DNA of 64,000 nt from an uncultured Nitrospiraceae bacterium (GCA_963705105.1 CAVPIW010000006.1:576001-640000); one strand, 5' to 3'; positions 10,480 to 20,623 are shown, numbered from the stretch's first letter. Translations and numbers: made by a program. Notes: generated by a model not told the origin, from the sequence alone.

Positions 10480-10574
10480 GACGACCCCCCTTTCAGCAGA
10501 CGGATTGATCGATTGATCTCAGGCAGCGATACTCAGCCGGCAGTCGGAAAGATAAAACATACGGTCAACGCAGA

Positions 10575-10750
10575 CGGGGAGGCCGATGTGGTGAAAAGCC
10601 TTTCCGCTAAGATACCTTGTTTATCTCCAGACCACCCTTTGCCGTGTCTATTGATACCGGAAGCCAATCAGGCAACAGGCACCGGACACCTTGAAATGTC
10701 TCACCATCGCATTGGAAAGACTTTGAACCATATCTGCCTTCCCGGAAAAA
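10575..10750. repeat. dispersed repeat family B
   Basis: GATGTGGTGAAAAGCCTTTCCGCTAAGATACC...CATCGCATTGGAAAGACTTTGAACCATATCTG recurs at 14230-14800 and inverted at about 57770-57940. Confidence 0.8.
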
Positions 10751-10798
10751 CACCGTGTACAACGAAATCGAGCCGAATAGACTCCGGGCAACGTCTTT

Positions 10799-11737
10799 CT
10801 ACAATGCCGACAGGGTTTTGTTCAGCGTCTCTACATTCTCGACGTTGAAGATGCGCACCGAGGGCTCTATTCTTTTGATCAGTCCCGAGAGCACTTTGCC
10901 CGGCCCGACTTCGATGAAAGTGCCGGCATCGGTCGCCGCAATGGCCTTCACACAATCCTCCCACAGGACGGGATGACTGAGTTGTTTCACGAGGGCCTGC
11001 CGGATGACAGCGCTTTCCGTCGTGATGCGTGCGTCGGCATTGCAGACGATGGGGATTTTCGCATCCCTCAGGGCGATCGCCGCGAGGGCGCTTTCGAACA
11101 GCTTGGCCGCCTCCTCCATGAGCCTGCAGTGAGAAGGGATGCTGACATTCAGCTTCACTGCCCGTTTCGCCCCGCTGTCGAGGGCTTTCTTCATGGCCTC
11201 CTCGACGGCTTCTTTCTCGCCCGATATGACTATCTGGCCGGGGCAGTTGTAGTTCGCCGCCCCGACATAGCCCGTCGTAATGCCCGCGCAGACATCATCG
11301 AGGTCCTTTCTTTCCATGCCGAGGATGGCCGCCATGAGCCCCGTGCCTTCCGGTACCGCCTCCTGCATGATACGGCCACGCACCTCCGTTATCCTGACGG
11401 CGTCGGCAAAGGACAAGGCGCCGGCGGCGACGAGGGCTGAGTACTCACCGAGGCTGTGCCCCGCAACGACCGAGGGGACGACACCTTTCAACGTAAGGGC
11501 CCGGTACGCTGCGACGCTTGCGACGAGGAGGCTGGGCTGCGTCCTGACGGTCCTGTTCAGCTCCGACGCCGGTCCCTCGAAGCTCAGCTGTCCGAGATCA
11601 TATCCGAGAAGGCCCGAGGCCTCCTCATAATAGCCCTTTACCTCACCGACCCGTTCAAAGAGGTCTTTGCCCATGCCGACGGACTGGGACCCCTGCCCGG
11701 GAAAGACGACGGCGATCTTACTCTTGTCCTTTAGCAT
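10799..11737 (-). CDS. fabD: malonyl-CoA:ACP transacylase
   Basis: FPGQGSQ, GHSLGEY, RG..MQ, NYNCPGQIVISG, PSH, EVGPG. Confidence 0.95.
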   Translation of the reverse strand: MLKDKSKIAVVFPGQGSQSVGMGKDLFERVGEVKGYYEEASGLLGYDLGQLSFEGPASELNRTVRTQPSLLVASVAAYRALTLKGVVPSVVAGHSLGEYSALVAAGALSFADAVRITEVRGRIMQEAVPEGTGLMAAILGMERKDLDDVCAGITTGYVGAANYNCPGQIVISGEKEAVEEAMKKALDSGAKRAVKLNVSIPSHCRLMEEAAKLFESALAAIALRDAKIPIVCNADARITTESAVIRQALVKQLSHPVLWEDCVKAIAATDAGTFIEVGPGKVLSGLIKRIEPSVRIFNVENVETLNKTLSAL

Positions 11738-12917
11738 CTTTCAGTTTCCTTATCAGGACCGGCACCACCTCGTTGACATCGCCGACGATGCCGTAAGTCG
11801 CCACGGAGAAGATGGGCGCGTCCGGGTTCTTGTTGATAGCGATGATCATGTCTGACGACTGCATCCCCACAAGGTGCTGCACCGCGCCGGAGATGCCGCA
11901 GGCGATGTATATCTTCGGGCAGACCGTCTTGCCCGTCTGGCCGACCTGGTGACTGTAAGAGACCCATCCCTCGTCCACGGCGGCCCTCGATGCGGCAAGG
12001 GCGCCTCCCAGCAGATTAGCCAGCTCGGAGAGCATCTCGAACCCCTTGGGGCCGCCCACTCCCCTGCCGCCGGCGACGATGAACTCGGCCTCCTGGAGGT
12101 TGACGGAGCACTCCGATTCCTCTTTCACCGACTCCAGGACCTTCGTTCTGCAACGGACGTTCTCCGGTTTTATCTCTATGATCTCTCCCGTTCTTGCCGG
12201 GTCGTACTCGTTCCTCTTCATGACCCTCGGCCTCACCGTCGCCATCTGGGGCCGGTGGCGGGGGCACAGGATGGTGGCCATGATGTTGCCGCCGAAGGCG
12301 GGCCGCACCTGGAGGAGGTGACCCGATTCCTCGTCGATTGAAAGGGAAGTGCAGTCCGCTGTCAGGCCCGTACGGAGGCGGGCGGCGACGCGGGGGAAGA
12401 AAGACCTGCCGATGGGTGTTGCCCCGGCAAGGACGATTTCCGGTTTATGGGACCCGATGAGCTCCATGAACATCTGCGCATAGGGCTCGTCGTTGAACTG
12501 GTCGAAAAGGGGGTCGCTGACGTGATAGACCCTGTCGGCGCCCCAGGCGATGAGCTCCCGTGCCTCCTCCGGGGAGGCGCCGAAAAGCACCGCAGAAAGG
12601 CTTGTCTTCCGCACGTCGGCGAGGGCCCTGCCGGCGCCGAGAAGCTCGTACGCCACGGAGGCGACCAGGCCTTCTCTCTGCTCTGCGAAGACCCAGACAC
12701 CACTGTATCCGGACAGGTCGACAGCCGTCCTCTCGTCACCCGCCTCGGCCACCTCGACGATGGCCCCTTCGGGGCAGAGGCTCATGCAGATCTTGCAGAA
12801 ATCGCAGTAATCGGTGATCAGGGCCTTTTCGCCCTGCATTTCGATGGCTGAATGGGGGCATGAATCGACGCACTGTCCGCAGCCCGTGCAGAGTTCCTCC
12901 CTGATGACTATACGCAT
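11718..12917 (-). CDS. etfA: electron transfer flavoprotein alpha subunit with N-terminal 2x[4Fe-4S] ferredoxin domain
   Basis: CTGCGQCVDSCP and CDFCKICMSLCP; GLTADCT, RPAFGG, QVGQTG, GISGAVQH. Confidence 0.93.
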   Translation of the reverse strand: MRIVIREELCTGCGQCVDSCPHSAIEMQGEKALITDYCDFCKICMSLCPEGAIVEVAEAGDERTAVDLSGYSGVWVFAEQREGLVASVAYELLGAGRALADVRKTSLSAVLFGASPEEARELIAWGADRVYHVSDPLFDQFNDEPYAQMFMELIGSHKPEIVLAGATPIGRSFFPRVAARLRTGLTADCTSLSIDEESGHLLQVRPAFGGNIMATILCPRHRPQMATVRPRVMKRNEYDPARTGEIIEIKPENVRCRTKVLESVKEESECSVNLQEAEFIVAGGRGVGGPKGFEMLSELANLLGGALAASRAAVDEGWVSYSHQVGQTGKTVCPKIYIACGISGAVQHLVGMQSSDMIIAINKNPDAPIFSVATYGIVGDVNEVVPVLIRKLKDAKGQE

Positions 12918-13690
12918 TGCAGCCTCTTCAGCTCCCGGACCAGTTCCTCGACCTGCTCCTCCATCGACCCTTCGAGCTTCCGCCGGTCCGACTTCGCCGG
13001 CGGCGGAAAGATGTTCTTCACCTGAGTCGGCGATCCTTTCAACCCGACGTCATCGCCTGCAGCGCCGATGGAGGCCATATCCATACGCTGAATGACAGCC
13101 TTCTTCGCGGCCATCTTCCCCTTCAGCGAAGGCAGGCGGGGCGTGTTTATCTCCCTGACGACGGTCAGCAAGACCGGCAGCGACGATTCAACCCGGTCGA
13201 ACCCGTCATCCATGAGCCTCTGGACCACGATTGTTTGTGCCGTTACCTCATCGATTTTCCTGACATAGGCGATGTGGGGAATATCGAGGAACTCCGCCAT
13301 TTCCGGTCCGACCTGGGCGGTGTCGCCGTCGATCGCCTGTTTGCCACAAAGAATGAGATCGAAACCGGCCGCTTCCGACGCCTTTGCCAGCGTGTAGGCT
13401 GTCGCCCACGTGTCCGCCCCTGCAAAGGCCCTGTCGGTGATGAGTCTCGCCTCGTCGACGCCCATGGCGATCGTCTCCCTGAGGGCATCCTCCGCCTGGG
13501 GCGGGCCCATCGTCATGACGGTCACCTTCCCCCCTACCTTTTCGCGGACCTGGAGCGCCGCCTCGACGGCGTGGAGGTCATAGGGATTGATGATGCTCGG
13601 CACTCCCTCCCGGATGAGCGTGTGCGTCTCAGGGTGGATCCTGACATCGGCTGTATCGGGTACCTGCTTAATGCAGACGATGATGTTCAC
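12908..13690 (-). CDS. etfB: electron transfer flavoprotein beta subunit
   Basis: VCIKQVPD, INPYD, MGPPQA, GADTWAT, GKQAIDGDTAQVG, GSPT. Confidence 0.95.
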   Translation of the reverse strand: MNIIVCIKQVPDTADVRIHPETHTLIREGVPSIINPYDLHAVEAALQVREKVGGKVTVMTMGPPQAEDALRETIAMGVDEARLITDRAFAGADTWATAYTLAKASEAAGFDLILCGKQAIDGDTAQVGPEMAEFLDIPHIAYVRKIDEVTAQTIVVQRLMDDGFDRVESSLPVLLTVVREINTPRLPSLKGKMAAKKAVIQRMDMASIGAAGDDVGLKGSPTQVKNIFPPPAKSDRRKLEGSMEEQVEELVRELKRLQCV

Positions 13691-13731
13691 GTCCGTCCTC
13701 CCGCAAAAATTTAGAACCGATAGTTTACCGT

Positions 13732-14136
13732 TTATTCTTCTTTCTTTTCAAGTACTACAGTGGCGACTGCATAGGTCGTTTCGTGTGCCAGTGTCAGGTG
13801 GATGACCGTACCCGCGCAGACGGCGGAGAGCCTCCCGTGAACGATGAGAGACGGCTTGCCGGATGGGGCATTGACGACCTCGATATCCCTCAGGACCGAC
13901 ACCGGCAACACCCTGCGTCCGACCTCCGTGCTGAAGGCCTTGATGAAGGCCTCCTTTGCGGCGAAGCGGACCGCCAGGGATGGAAAGGGGTCCTTTCTCG
14001 TCATGCAATGCGCGATCTCGCCGTCGGTGAAGACCTTCTTCAGGAAGCGGTCTCCCCACCGCCCGACGGCCCGGCGCATCCTTGACACGTCAACGATGTC
14101 AGTACCGATGCCTCGTATCATCCACACCCCGGTCAT
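13732..14136 (-). CDS. acpS: holo-ACP synthase (housekeeping, next to pdxJ)
   Basis: GIGTDIV, RFAAKEA, SGKP, TLAH; conserved pdxJ-acpS order; true start may be the MIRGIG ATG. Confidence 0.9.
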   Translation of the reverse strand: MTGVWMIRGIGTDIVDVSRMRRAVGRWGDRFLKKVFTDGEIAHCMTRKDPFPSLAVRFAAKEAFIKAFSTEVGRRVLPVSVLRDIEVVNAPSGKPSLIVHGRLSAVCAGTVIHLTLAHETTYAVATVVLEKKEE

Positions 14137-14858
14137 TAAGTCATTGAGTTATTAAGTCACTGAGTCATTGAGTCTTTCGTCAGCAGTCGAAAGTCGAAAC
14201 CACGCTGTGATGGCCCGAACGGGAAAGCTGATGTGGTGAAAATCCTTTCCGCTAAGATACCTTATTCATCCCCGGACCACCCTTTGCCGTGTCTACTTAT
14301 CGGAGCATACGCCATCCGGAAAGGCCGGGTGTATGCGCCGAAAACCTTAATGCGGCAACACCGTAACCGTCACAAAAGAAAATGATTCAGGCCGCTGTCA
14401 GAAAAGAGCGAGCCTTTTTTCTGACACTCACACTGACACGTACACTGTCTTTCAGAGCGCTTCGTCCCGCCTTTCTATGCAACTGCAAGGTCTACTGCTG
14501 CCACAAACCCGTCAGGCAAAAGGCGATGAACACCTCGAGATGTGCACATTGCTTCATAGGCCCGACCGAAAGGCGAGGCAAAGCGCCGAAAAGCATCGGT
14601 GCTGCGAAACCGCTGCCGTCCCATAGAGAGCATGGAAGCACAACTGTTGATGATACAAAGGGTGAAATCTTCACAACCAATAATAAACAATCATGCTCGC
14701 TATCAGCGAGGCTTTGAGGCGTTTTGCCCCGCCTTTCGGTGCATCTGCCAATATGGTGCTCATCATCGCATTGGAAAGGCTTTGAACCATATCTGACTTC
14801 CCGATAAACGCACAGCTATCCGCACGTCTTTAACACACTGTGTCCCGCCTTTTCATGC
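14132..14858. repeat. composite nested repeat island (GTCATTRA tandem tract + family B interrupted by two family A copies)
   Basis: B segments at about 14229-14297, 14497-14550 and 14757-14800 separated by A copies at about 14298-14492 and 14565-14745. Confidence 0.75.
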
Positions 14859-14869
14859 TCTCAGGCACT

Positions 14870-15592
14870 TCATGACGCCTGCGCCTTCGCTATGAGGTCC
14901 TTCATCTCCCTGACAGCCCGTTCTATGCCGACGAGCACAGACCTCGAAATGATGCTGTGGCCGATGTAGAGTCCCCTTAATCCCTTGATGGAGGCGATTT
15001 TCCGGACATTGAAATAGGTGAGCCCGTGGCCTGCATTCGCAAGGAGGCCTTCCCGGTGCGCCGTCCCGATCGCCTCCATCACGCGGTGCAGCTCCCCGTC
15101 CTGCGCTTTTCCCCGGGAGTTCGCGTAGAGTCCCGTATGGATCTCGACCATGTCCGCGCCGGTCTCTTTCGCTATTTCGACATCGGAAGCCGAGGGGTTG
15201 ATGAAGAGGCTCACGGGCATGCCGCCGTCATGTATCCTGGCGATCGCCTGTTTCAGGTGGTCCCGCATGGCAGCCATATCAAGCCCGCCTTCCGTCGTCA
15301 GCTCCTGCCGCTTTTCCGGCACGAGCGTGACGAAATCAGGATGGACCGTGAGGGCGATCCCGATCATTTCATCCGTCGCCGCCATCTCGAGATTGAGCTC
15401 CGTCCGGACGACCTCCCTCATGATCCTGAGGTCCCTGTCATTGATATGTCGCCGGTCTTCCCTCAGATGGACGGTGATACCGTCGGCGCCGCCCAATACG
15501 GCAAGGGTCGCCGCCATGACGGGATCGGGCTCAAAGGTCTTCCGCGCCTCCCTCACGGTGGCGACATGATCGACATTCACACCGAGTACCAT
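14870..15592 (-). CDS. pdxJ: pyridoxine 5'-phosphate synthase
   Basis: LGVNVDHVATVR, HLREDRRHI, VPEKRQELTTEGG, EIHTG, AGHGL. Confidence 0.97.
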   Translation of the reverse strand: MVLGVNVDHVATVREARKTFEPDPVMAATLAVLGGADGITVHLREDRRHINDRDLRIMREVVRTELNLEMAATDEMIGIALTVHPDFVTLVPEKRQELTTEGGLDMAAMRDHLKQAIARIHDGGMPVSLFINPSASDVEIAKETGADMVEIHTGLYANSRGKAQDGELHRVMEAIGTAHREGLLANAGHGLTYFNVRKIASIKGLRGLYIGHSIISRSVLVGIERAVREMKDLIAKAQAS

Positions 15593-15603
15593 GCAGTTCC
15601 TCC

Positions 15604-16353
15604 TCAGTAGATAATGGTATAAAAAGCGATTCCCAGGTATTCATGCACTGCCGCGGCGACTTTTCGGTAGTCGCTTGGCAGGTAGTCTGTCCAGTCGTAT
15701 TGTTTTCCCTGTGCCGACTTGAACGACGCGGGAAAGGGTGTCACGTCCATGCCGGCTTTCCTGAAGCTCAGGACGGCCCTCTTGAGATGGTAGGCTGAGG
15801 TGACGACAACGGGACGTTTCAGCCTGAGTTCACGGCAGAGCTCCTTCGTATATTGAGCGTTCTCGAAGGTGTCCCTGCTCCTTTCCTCGACAATGATCTG
15901 CTGAGGAGCCACCCCAAGGTCAAGGAGAAAGCGTCTGACGATCGGCGCCTCCGCCTCCTTGTGTTCGAAAACCTTGCCGCCCGACACGATAATGGGAATG
16001 TCGAGCTTCTTCTGGAGCCGCACGGCCGTCACGATCCTGCCGTACATCTCCTCCGACGGGGCGCCCGTGCCGGTCATATCCGGCGCCTTCCCGTAGACGC
16101 CTCCTCCGAGCAGAACGATCACGTCTCCTTTGGGATCCCGGGGGATGGGAAAGTCACGCTCCAGCCCCCTCATCAGGGCATCGGAGACGGGTGTGACGGA
16201 CACGCCCCACATGACGAGGCCTATCAGGAAGGTCACCAGGCCCGGCGCCACCTTTTTTCTCAGGAAAAACCAGACCGCCGCGAACAGGAGGATGACGATG
16301 AATATCCCCGGCGGCAGGATGAATGCGGCGATGGCCTTCTTGATCAGAAACAC
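15604..16353 (-). CDS. YdcF/DUF218 (ElyC-like) family protein
   Basis: IVLLGGG, VSGG, EA, SRDTFENA, VTSAYHLKRA, HEYLG. Confidence 0.9.
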   Translation of the reverse strand: MFLIKKAIAAFILPPGIFIVILLFAAVWFFLRKKVAPGLVTFLIGLVMWGVSVTPVSDALMRGLERDFPIPRDPKGDVIVLLGGGVYGKAPDMTGTGAPSEEMYGRIVTAVRLQKKLDIPIIVSGGKVFEHKEAEAPIVRRFLLDLGVAPQQIIVEERSRDTFENAQYTKELCRELRLKRPVVVTSAYHLKRAVLSFRKAGMDVTPFPASFKSAQGKQYDWTDYLPSDYRKVAAAVHEYLGIAFYTIIY

Positions 16354-16356
16354 CGG

Positions 16357-18054
16357 TCAGTCCGTGCCGGAGAATTTGACGAGAGTCCCACGCTTCGACC
16401 CGTAACGAAAAACGGTTATGCCCTTGAGGCCCTTCTCATAGGCGAGGAGGAGGATCTCCGCTATCCCCTCAGGGGAGATGGTCCGGGGGAGGTTGATCGT
16501 CTTTGATACGGCGTTGTCCGTGTATTCCTGGAAGGCGGCCTGCATCCCGATATGGTCTTTCGGCGGGATTTCGTGGGCCGTCCTGAACAGTGCCCTGACA
16601 TCCCGCGGCAATTCCCTGATGCCCTTCAGTGTTCCCTGCCGCCTGACGCGCTCCATGAGTGCGCCGGAATAGAACCCCCGGTCCTTCGCGGTCTGCACGA
16701 AGAGACGATTGATCTCCGTGAGTTCCGTGTCGAGGACGAACCGCTTGTACGCAAGGGCGAAGACAGGCTCTATGCCGCTCGAACAGTCAGCGATCGTCGA
16801 CAGGGTGCCTGTGGGGGCAATGGTCGTCCTCGTCGCATTGCGGACCATCGGCATGCCGGGAGAGTCATAGACGGAGCCACGGAAATTGGGAAACACGCCC
16901 CGCTCCCCGGCAAGCCCTACCGACGCCTCGTTCGCCTTGTCCCGGATGAAACCCATGACCGTCCTCGCCAGGTTGAAGGCGTCGTGGCGATTGTAGGGGA
17001 TGCCCATGAGGATGAGCATATCCGCCCAGCCCATGACACCGAGACCCACTTTCCTGTTTCCCCTGTGCATCCTCTCGATCTCCGGCAGGGGATAGGCGTT
17101 TACGTCGATAGCATCGTCGAGAAACCTGATGCCCGTGACGACATCCCTCCCGAGCAAGGGGAAATCGATGGTCCCGTCGGCCACGTATTTCGAGAGGTTC
17201 AGCGACCCGAGCACGCAGGCCTCGAAGGGCAACAGGGGCTGCTCGCCGCAGGGATTGGTGCTTTCCATGGCGCCGAGGCCCGGCGTGGGGTTCGCCCGGT
17301 TGATCCGGTCGATGAAGACGATGCCGGGATCACCCGTCTCCCAGGCGCTCCGGACGATCTCGTCGAAGACGGTGCGGGCCCTGAGCCGCCGGACCGTATC
17401 GCCGGACCGGGGATTGATCAGGCCATACTCGCCGTCCTGTTTCAGGGCGTCCATGAACGCATCGGTGATGGCCACGGAGATGTTGAAATTGGTTAACTCT
17501 CCACCAGTCCTCTTGACACGCACAAACTCGAGGATATCGGGGTGATCGACGCGGAGGATGCCCATGTTCGCGCCACGCCTGGCGCCGCCCTGCTTGATCA
17601 CGTCCGTCGCCGCGTTGTAGACCTTCATGAACGAGACGGGTCCGCTCGCAATGCCTCCGGTGGACCTGACAATATCGGCGCGGGGCCGCAGCCGGGAGAA
17701 GGAGAAACCCGTACCCCCGCCGCTCTGGAGGATGAGTGCCGCATGCTTCAGGGTGTCAAAGATGCCCTTCATGGAGTCCTCCACGGGCAGGACGAAGCAG
17801 GCGGCGAGCTGACCGGGAGATTTCCCCGCGTTCATGAGTGTCGGGGAATTCGGCAGGAACCGGAGGGACGTCATGATCTCGTAAAAACGTTCCTCCCAGA
17901 GGGCTGCATCGTGGCGATAGATCGATTCCGCCTTGGCGACATGACGGGCGACGCGGCGGAACATCTCATCGGGTGTTTCAATGACCTCGCCTTCTTGGTT
18001 CCTGAAAAGATACCTCGCCCTCAGTATTTTTATGGCGTTTTCTGTCAGTTCCAT
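16357..18054 (-). CDS. nrdJ: class II (B12-dependent) ribonucleotide reductase, short form
   Basis: FLPNSPTLMNAG, QLAACFV, GGGTG, RRGANM, NPCGEQPL, TTIAPTGT, VSKTIN. Confidence 0.9.
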   Translation of the reverse strand: MELTENAIKILRARYLFRNQEGEVIETPDEMFRRVARHVAKAESIYRHDAALWEERFYEIMTSLRFLPNSPTLMNAGKSPGQLAACFVLPVEDSMKGIFDTLKHAALILQSGGGTGFSFSRLRPRADIVRSTGGIASGPVSFMKVYNAATDVIKQGGARRGANMGILRVDHPDILEFVRVKRTGGELTNFNISVAITDAFMDALKQDGEYGLINPRSGDTVRRLRARTVFDEIVRSAWETGDPGIVFIDRINRANPTPGLGAMESTNPCGEQPLLPFEACVLGSLNLSKYVADGTIDFPLLGRDVVTGIRFLDDAIDVNAYPLPEIERMHRGNRKVGLGVMGWADMLILMGIPYNRHDAFNLARTVMGFIRDKANEASVGLAGERGVFPNFRGSVYDSPGMPMVRNATRTTIAPTGTLSTIADCSSGIEPVFALAYKRFVLDTELTEINRLFVQTAKDRGFYSGALMERVRRQGTLKGIRELPRDVRALFRTAHEIPPKDHIGMQAAFQEYTDNAVSKTINLPRTISPEGIAEILLLAYEKGLKGITVFRYGSKRGTLVKFSGTD

Positions 18055-18073
18055 GAGTATAATAGTATACTAC

Positions 18074-18625
18074 ATGATGGATGCCGTGAGGCTTATCGAA
18101 AAGTATTACCCCCAGGATTCCCTTGCCCGTCGTCTCCTTTTGGCTCATAGTATGCTCGTCGCCCGGAAAGCCCTGGAAATCGCCCGGGGGGTTCCTGAAT
18201 TCAGTCCGGACCTTGCCTTTATCGAAGAGGCGTCCCTGCTTCATGACATCGGTATTTTCATGACCAGGGCGGCACGGATCGGCTGCCACGGAGATTTGCC
18301 GTACATCGCCCATGGGCTTATGGGCAGGGAGATACTCGAACAGGAGGGACTGCCCCGGCACGCCCTCGTCTGTGAGCGTCACGTGGGACTCGGCATCACC
18401 CTGTCCGAGATCGAGGAGAATGATTTACCTTTGCCGGCGCACGACATGTCGCCGGTTACCATCGAGGAAAAGATCATCTGCCTCGCCGATAAGTTCTATT
18501 CGAAATACGGGAGCGGACTGACGAGGGAAAAGCCCCTGGACCAAGTCCGGAATGAGATCAGGAAGTACGGGGAACAGAAACTGAAAACCCTGGAGGAGTG
18601 GCTCGTCCTGTTCAGGATGACCTGA
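18074..18625 (+). CDS. HD/HDIG domain phosphohydrolase
   Basis: AHS..VA, LLHDIG, HG..G, CERHVG, CLADKF; start moved to ATG 18074. Confidence 0.85.
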   Translation: MMDAVRLIEKYYPQDSLARRLLLAHSMLVARKALEIARGVPEFSPDLAFIEEASLLHDIGIFMTRAARIGCHGDLPYIAHGLMGREILEQEGLPRHALVCERHVGLGITLSEIEENDLPLPAHDMSPVTIEEKIICLADKFYSKYGSGLTREKPLDQVRNEIRKYGEQKLKTLEEWLVLFRMT

Positions 18626-18831
18626 GATGCATCATTCGATTTTCCCGTCTTGCTTCAAAGACACATAAACGTCACTTCCTCTTGCATGGAAAGTCCTTGG
18701 AATACCCGTCGCGACTCGATTTATCAGCCTGCAATCGGATACAATTGATTTTCCGGAAGCCCTGACAACAGTCATCCGTTCCCGGTCGGCAGGGGATCAC
18801 CAATGACAGGATAGGAGAGAGGAGGTGTCCA

Positions 18832-18993
18832 TTGTTCGGCTTCGGTGATGTCTGGGTTGCCCTGGCATACATCCTCTGCGTCGTGAGTTCCCTGTTCTGT
18901 GTGGGCTACGGCATCCTGCACTGGAACGACGAGGAGATGCCGCCGCCCGTCCATCCTCCCGATGAGAACCCGGATTTCGAGGAGACGGAGTAA
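18832..18993 (+). CDS. small membrane accessory protein of Na+/solute symporter (53 aa, not in ORF track)
   Basis: GGAGG RBS then TTG; MFGFGDVWVALAYILCVVSSLFCVGYGILHWNDEE...; directly upstream of the SSS gene. Confidence 0.8.
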   Translation: MFGFGDVWVALAYILCVVSSLFCVGYGILHWNDEEMPPPVHPPDENPDFEETE

Positions 18994-19036
18994 TGCGGCC
19001 CTGTGAGGGGTCCTGCGAGGGGACTTTTTTCAGGTC

Positions 19037-20614
19037 ATGAACTACGAGGTTCTCGTCATCATCATCGGCGCCTATGCGCTCATCACGGGGTATCTCGGCT
19101 GGCTCGGCTACAGGAAGACAACGAGCGCTGCCGACTATCTCGTCGGCGGCAGAGAGATCCATCCCGTCCTCATGGCCCTCGCCTACGGCAGCACATTCAT
19201 CAGCACATCGGCCATCGTCGGTTTCGGCGGCGTCGCCGCCCTCCTCGGCATGGGCCTCCTGTATCTCACGTTCCTCAACATCCTCGTGGGCATTTTCATC
19301 GCTTTCGTCGTCTTCGGACGGAGGACCCGCAGCATCGGCGCCCGCCTCGACGCGCACACCTTTCCCGAGCTCCTCGGCCGCCGCTTCGGATCGCGGTTCA
19401 TCCAGGGGTTCTCCGGCGGGATCATCGCCCTGCTCCTGCCCCTCTACGCCTCAGCGGTCATGATCGGCGGCGCCCGCTTCCTCGAGGTCCAGCTGAAAAT
19501 GGACTATGGTCTCGCCCTCTTTGTTTTTTCGGCCATTGTGGTGTTCTATGTGTTTTTCGGCGGGCTGAAGGGCGTTGTCTATACCGACGCGTTTCAGGGC
19601 ACGATCATGCTTGCCGGCATGACAGTGCTCCTCATTTATACCTACACTCTCGTCGGGGGCTTCGGGAGTCATCAGGCGCTTACAGACCTGGCGCCGCTAG
19701 TGCCTCAGAAATTGCGGGCCGACGGTCACCAGGGGTGGACGGCCATGCCGTCATTCGGTTCGAAGATATGGTGGCAGATGGTCTCGACGATCATCCTCGG
19801 CGTCGGCATCGGTGTGCTCGCGCAGCCCCAGCTCGCCGTCCGGTTCATGACGGTGAAGAGCGGCAGGGAACTGCACCGGGCACTTGTGCCGGGAGGGATA
19901 TTCATGCTTGTCATGGTCGGCGTCGCCTACATCGTCGGCTCTCTCAGCAACCTCTACTTCTGGAGAAAGGAAGGTAAGATCGCCCTCGCCATGGTGACTG
20001 ACCCTGCAACAGGCAAACCGAATATCGATAAAATCATGCCGACATTCATCAGCCACGCAATGCCCGAGTGGTTCGGCTACCTCTTCTTGGTCACCCTGCT
20101 CGCGGCGGCCATGTCGACCCTGAGCGGCCTCTTCCACGCCATCGGCACGTCCATCGGGAGAGACCTCTATCAGCAGGCGATCGCCGGGGGCAAACACCAG
20201 GAGCGGACCGTACCGATCGCGAAGTGCGGGATCTTTTTCGCCTTTATCGTCTCGACGATCCTTGCCTATAACCTCGAGCCGGGCATCATCGCCATCGCGA
20301 CGGCCCTGTTTTTCGGCATGTGCGCGGCCGTCTTCCTCCCGGCTTATGTATCGGCCCTGTTCTGGAAGGCAGCGACCCGGTCAGGCGTCATCGCCGGCAT
20401 CGTCACGGGGTTTTCATCGTGGGCCCTCTGGGTGCTCTTCATCCATGAGAGGGAATCGGCCGCTCTCGGGATTTCAAAGCTCCTTTTCGGCGTCCCGAGC
20501 CTCGTCACCGGCACCATGTGGGCCGTCGTCGACCCCATCGTCATCGCGCTGCCCCTGTCGTCCCTCGTGACCGTCGCGGGCTCGGTCATGACCAAGGACC
20601 GGGGCCGCTCCTGA
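19037..20614 (+). CDS. sodium:solute symporter family protein
   Basis: DYLVGGR, STFISTSAIVGFGG, GGLKGVVYTDAFQG, QPQLAVRF, AAAMST; many TM segments. Confidence 0.92.
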   Translation: MNYEVLVIIIGAYALITGYLGWLGYRKTTSAADYLVGGREIHPVLMALAYGSTFISTSAIVGFGGVAALLGMGLLYLTFLNILVGIFIAFVVFGRRTRSIGARLDAHTFPELLGRRFGSRFIQGFSGGIIALLLPLYASAVMIGGARFLEVQLKMDYGLALFVFSAIVVFYVFFGGLKGVVYTDAFQGTIMLAGMTVLLIYTYTLVGGFGSHQALTDLAPLVPQKLRADGHQGWTAMPSFGSKIWWQMVSTIILGVGIGVLAQPQLAVRFMTVKSGRELHRALVPGGIFMLVMVGVAYIVGSLSNLYFWRKEGKIALAMVTDPATGKPNIDKIMPTFISHAMPEWFGYLFLVTLLAAAMSTLSGLFHAIGTSIGRDLYQQAIAGGKHQERTVPIAKCGIFFAFIVSTILAYNLEPGIIAIATALFFGMCAAVFLPAYVSALFWKAATRSGVIAGIVTGFSSWALWVLFIHERESAALGISKLLFGVPSLVTGTMWAVVDPIVIALPLSSLVTVAGSVMTKDRGRS

Positions 20615-20623
20615 GCTACACAT

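Noticed and set aside
14382..14796. Short ORFs with LTLTLT / SVSVS motifs (also near 20474, 21211, 24305, 52844, 57693, 59270)
   Set aside because: They are translations of the non-coding repeat families
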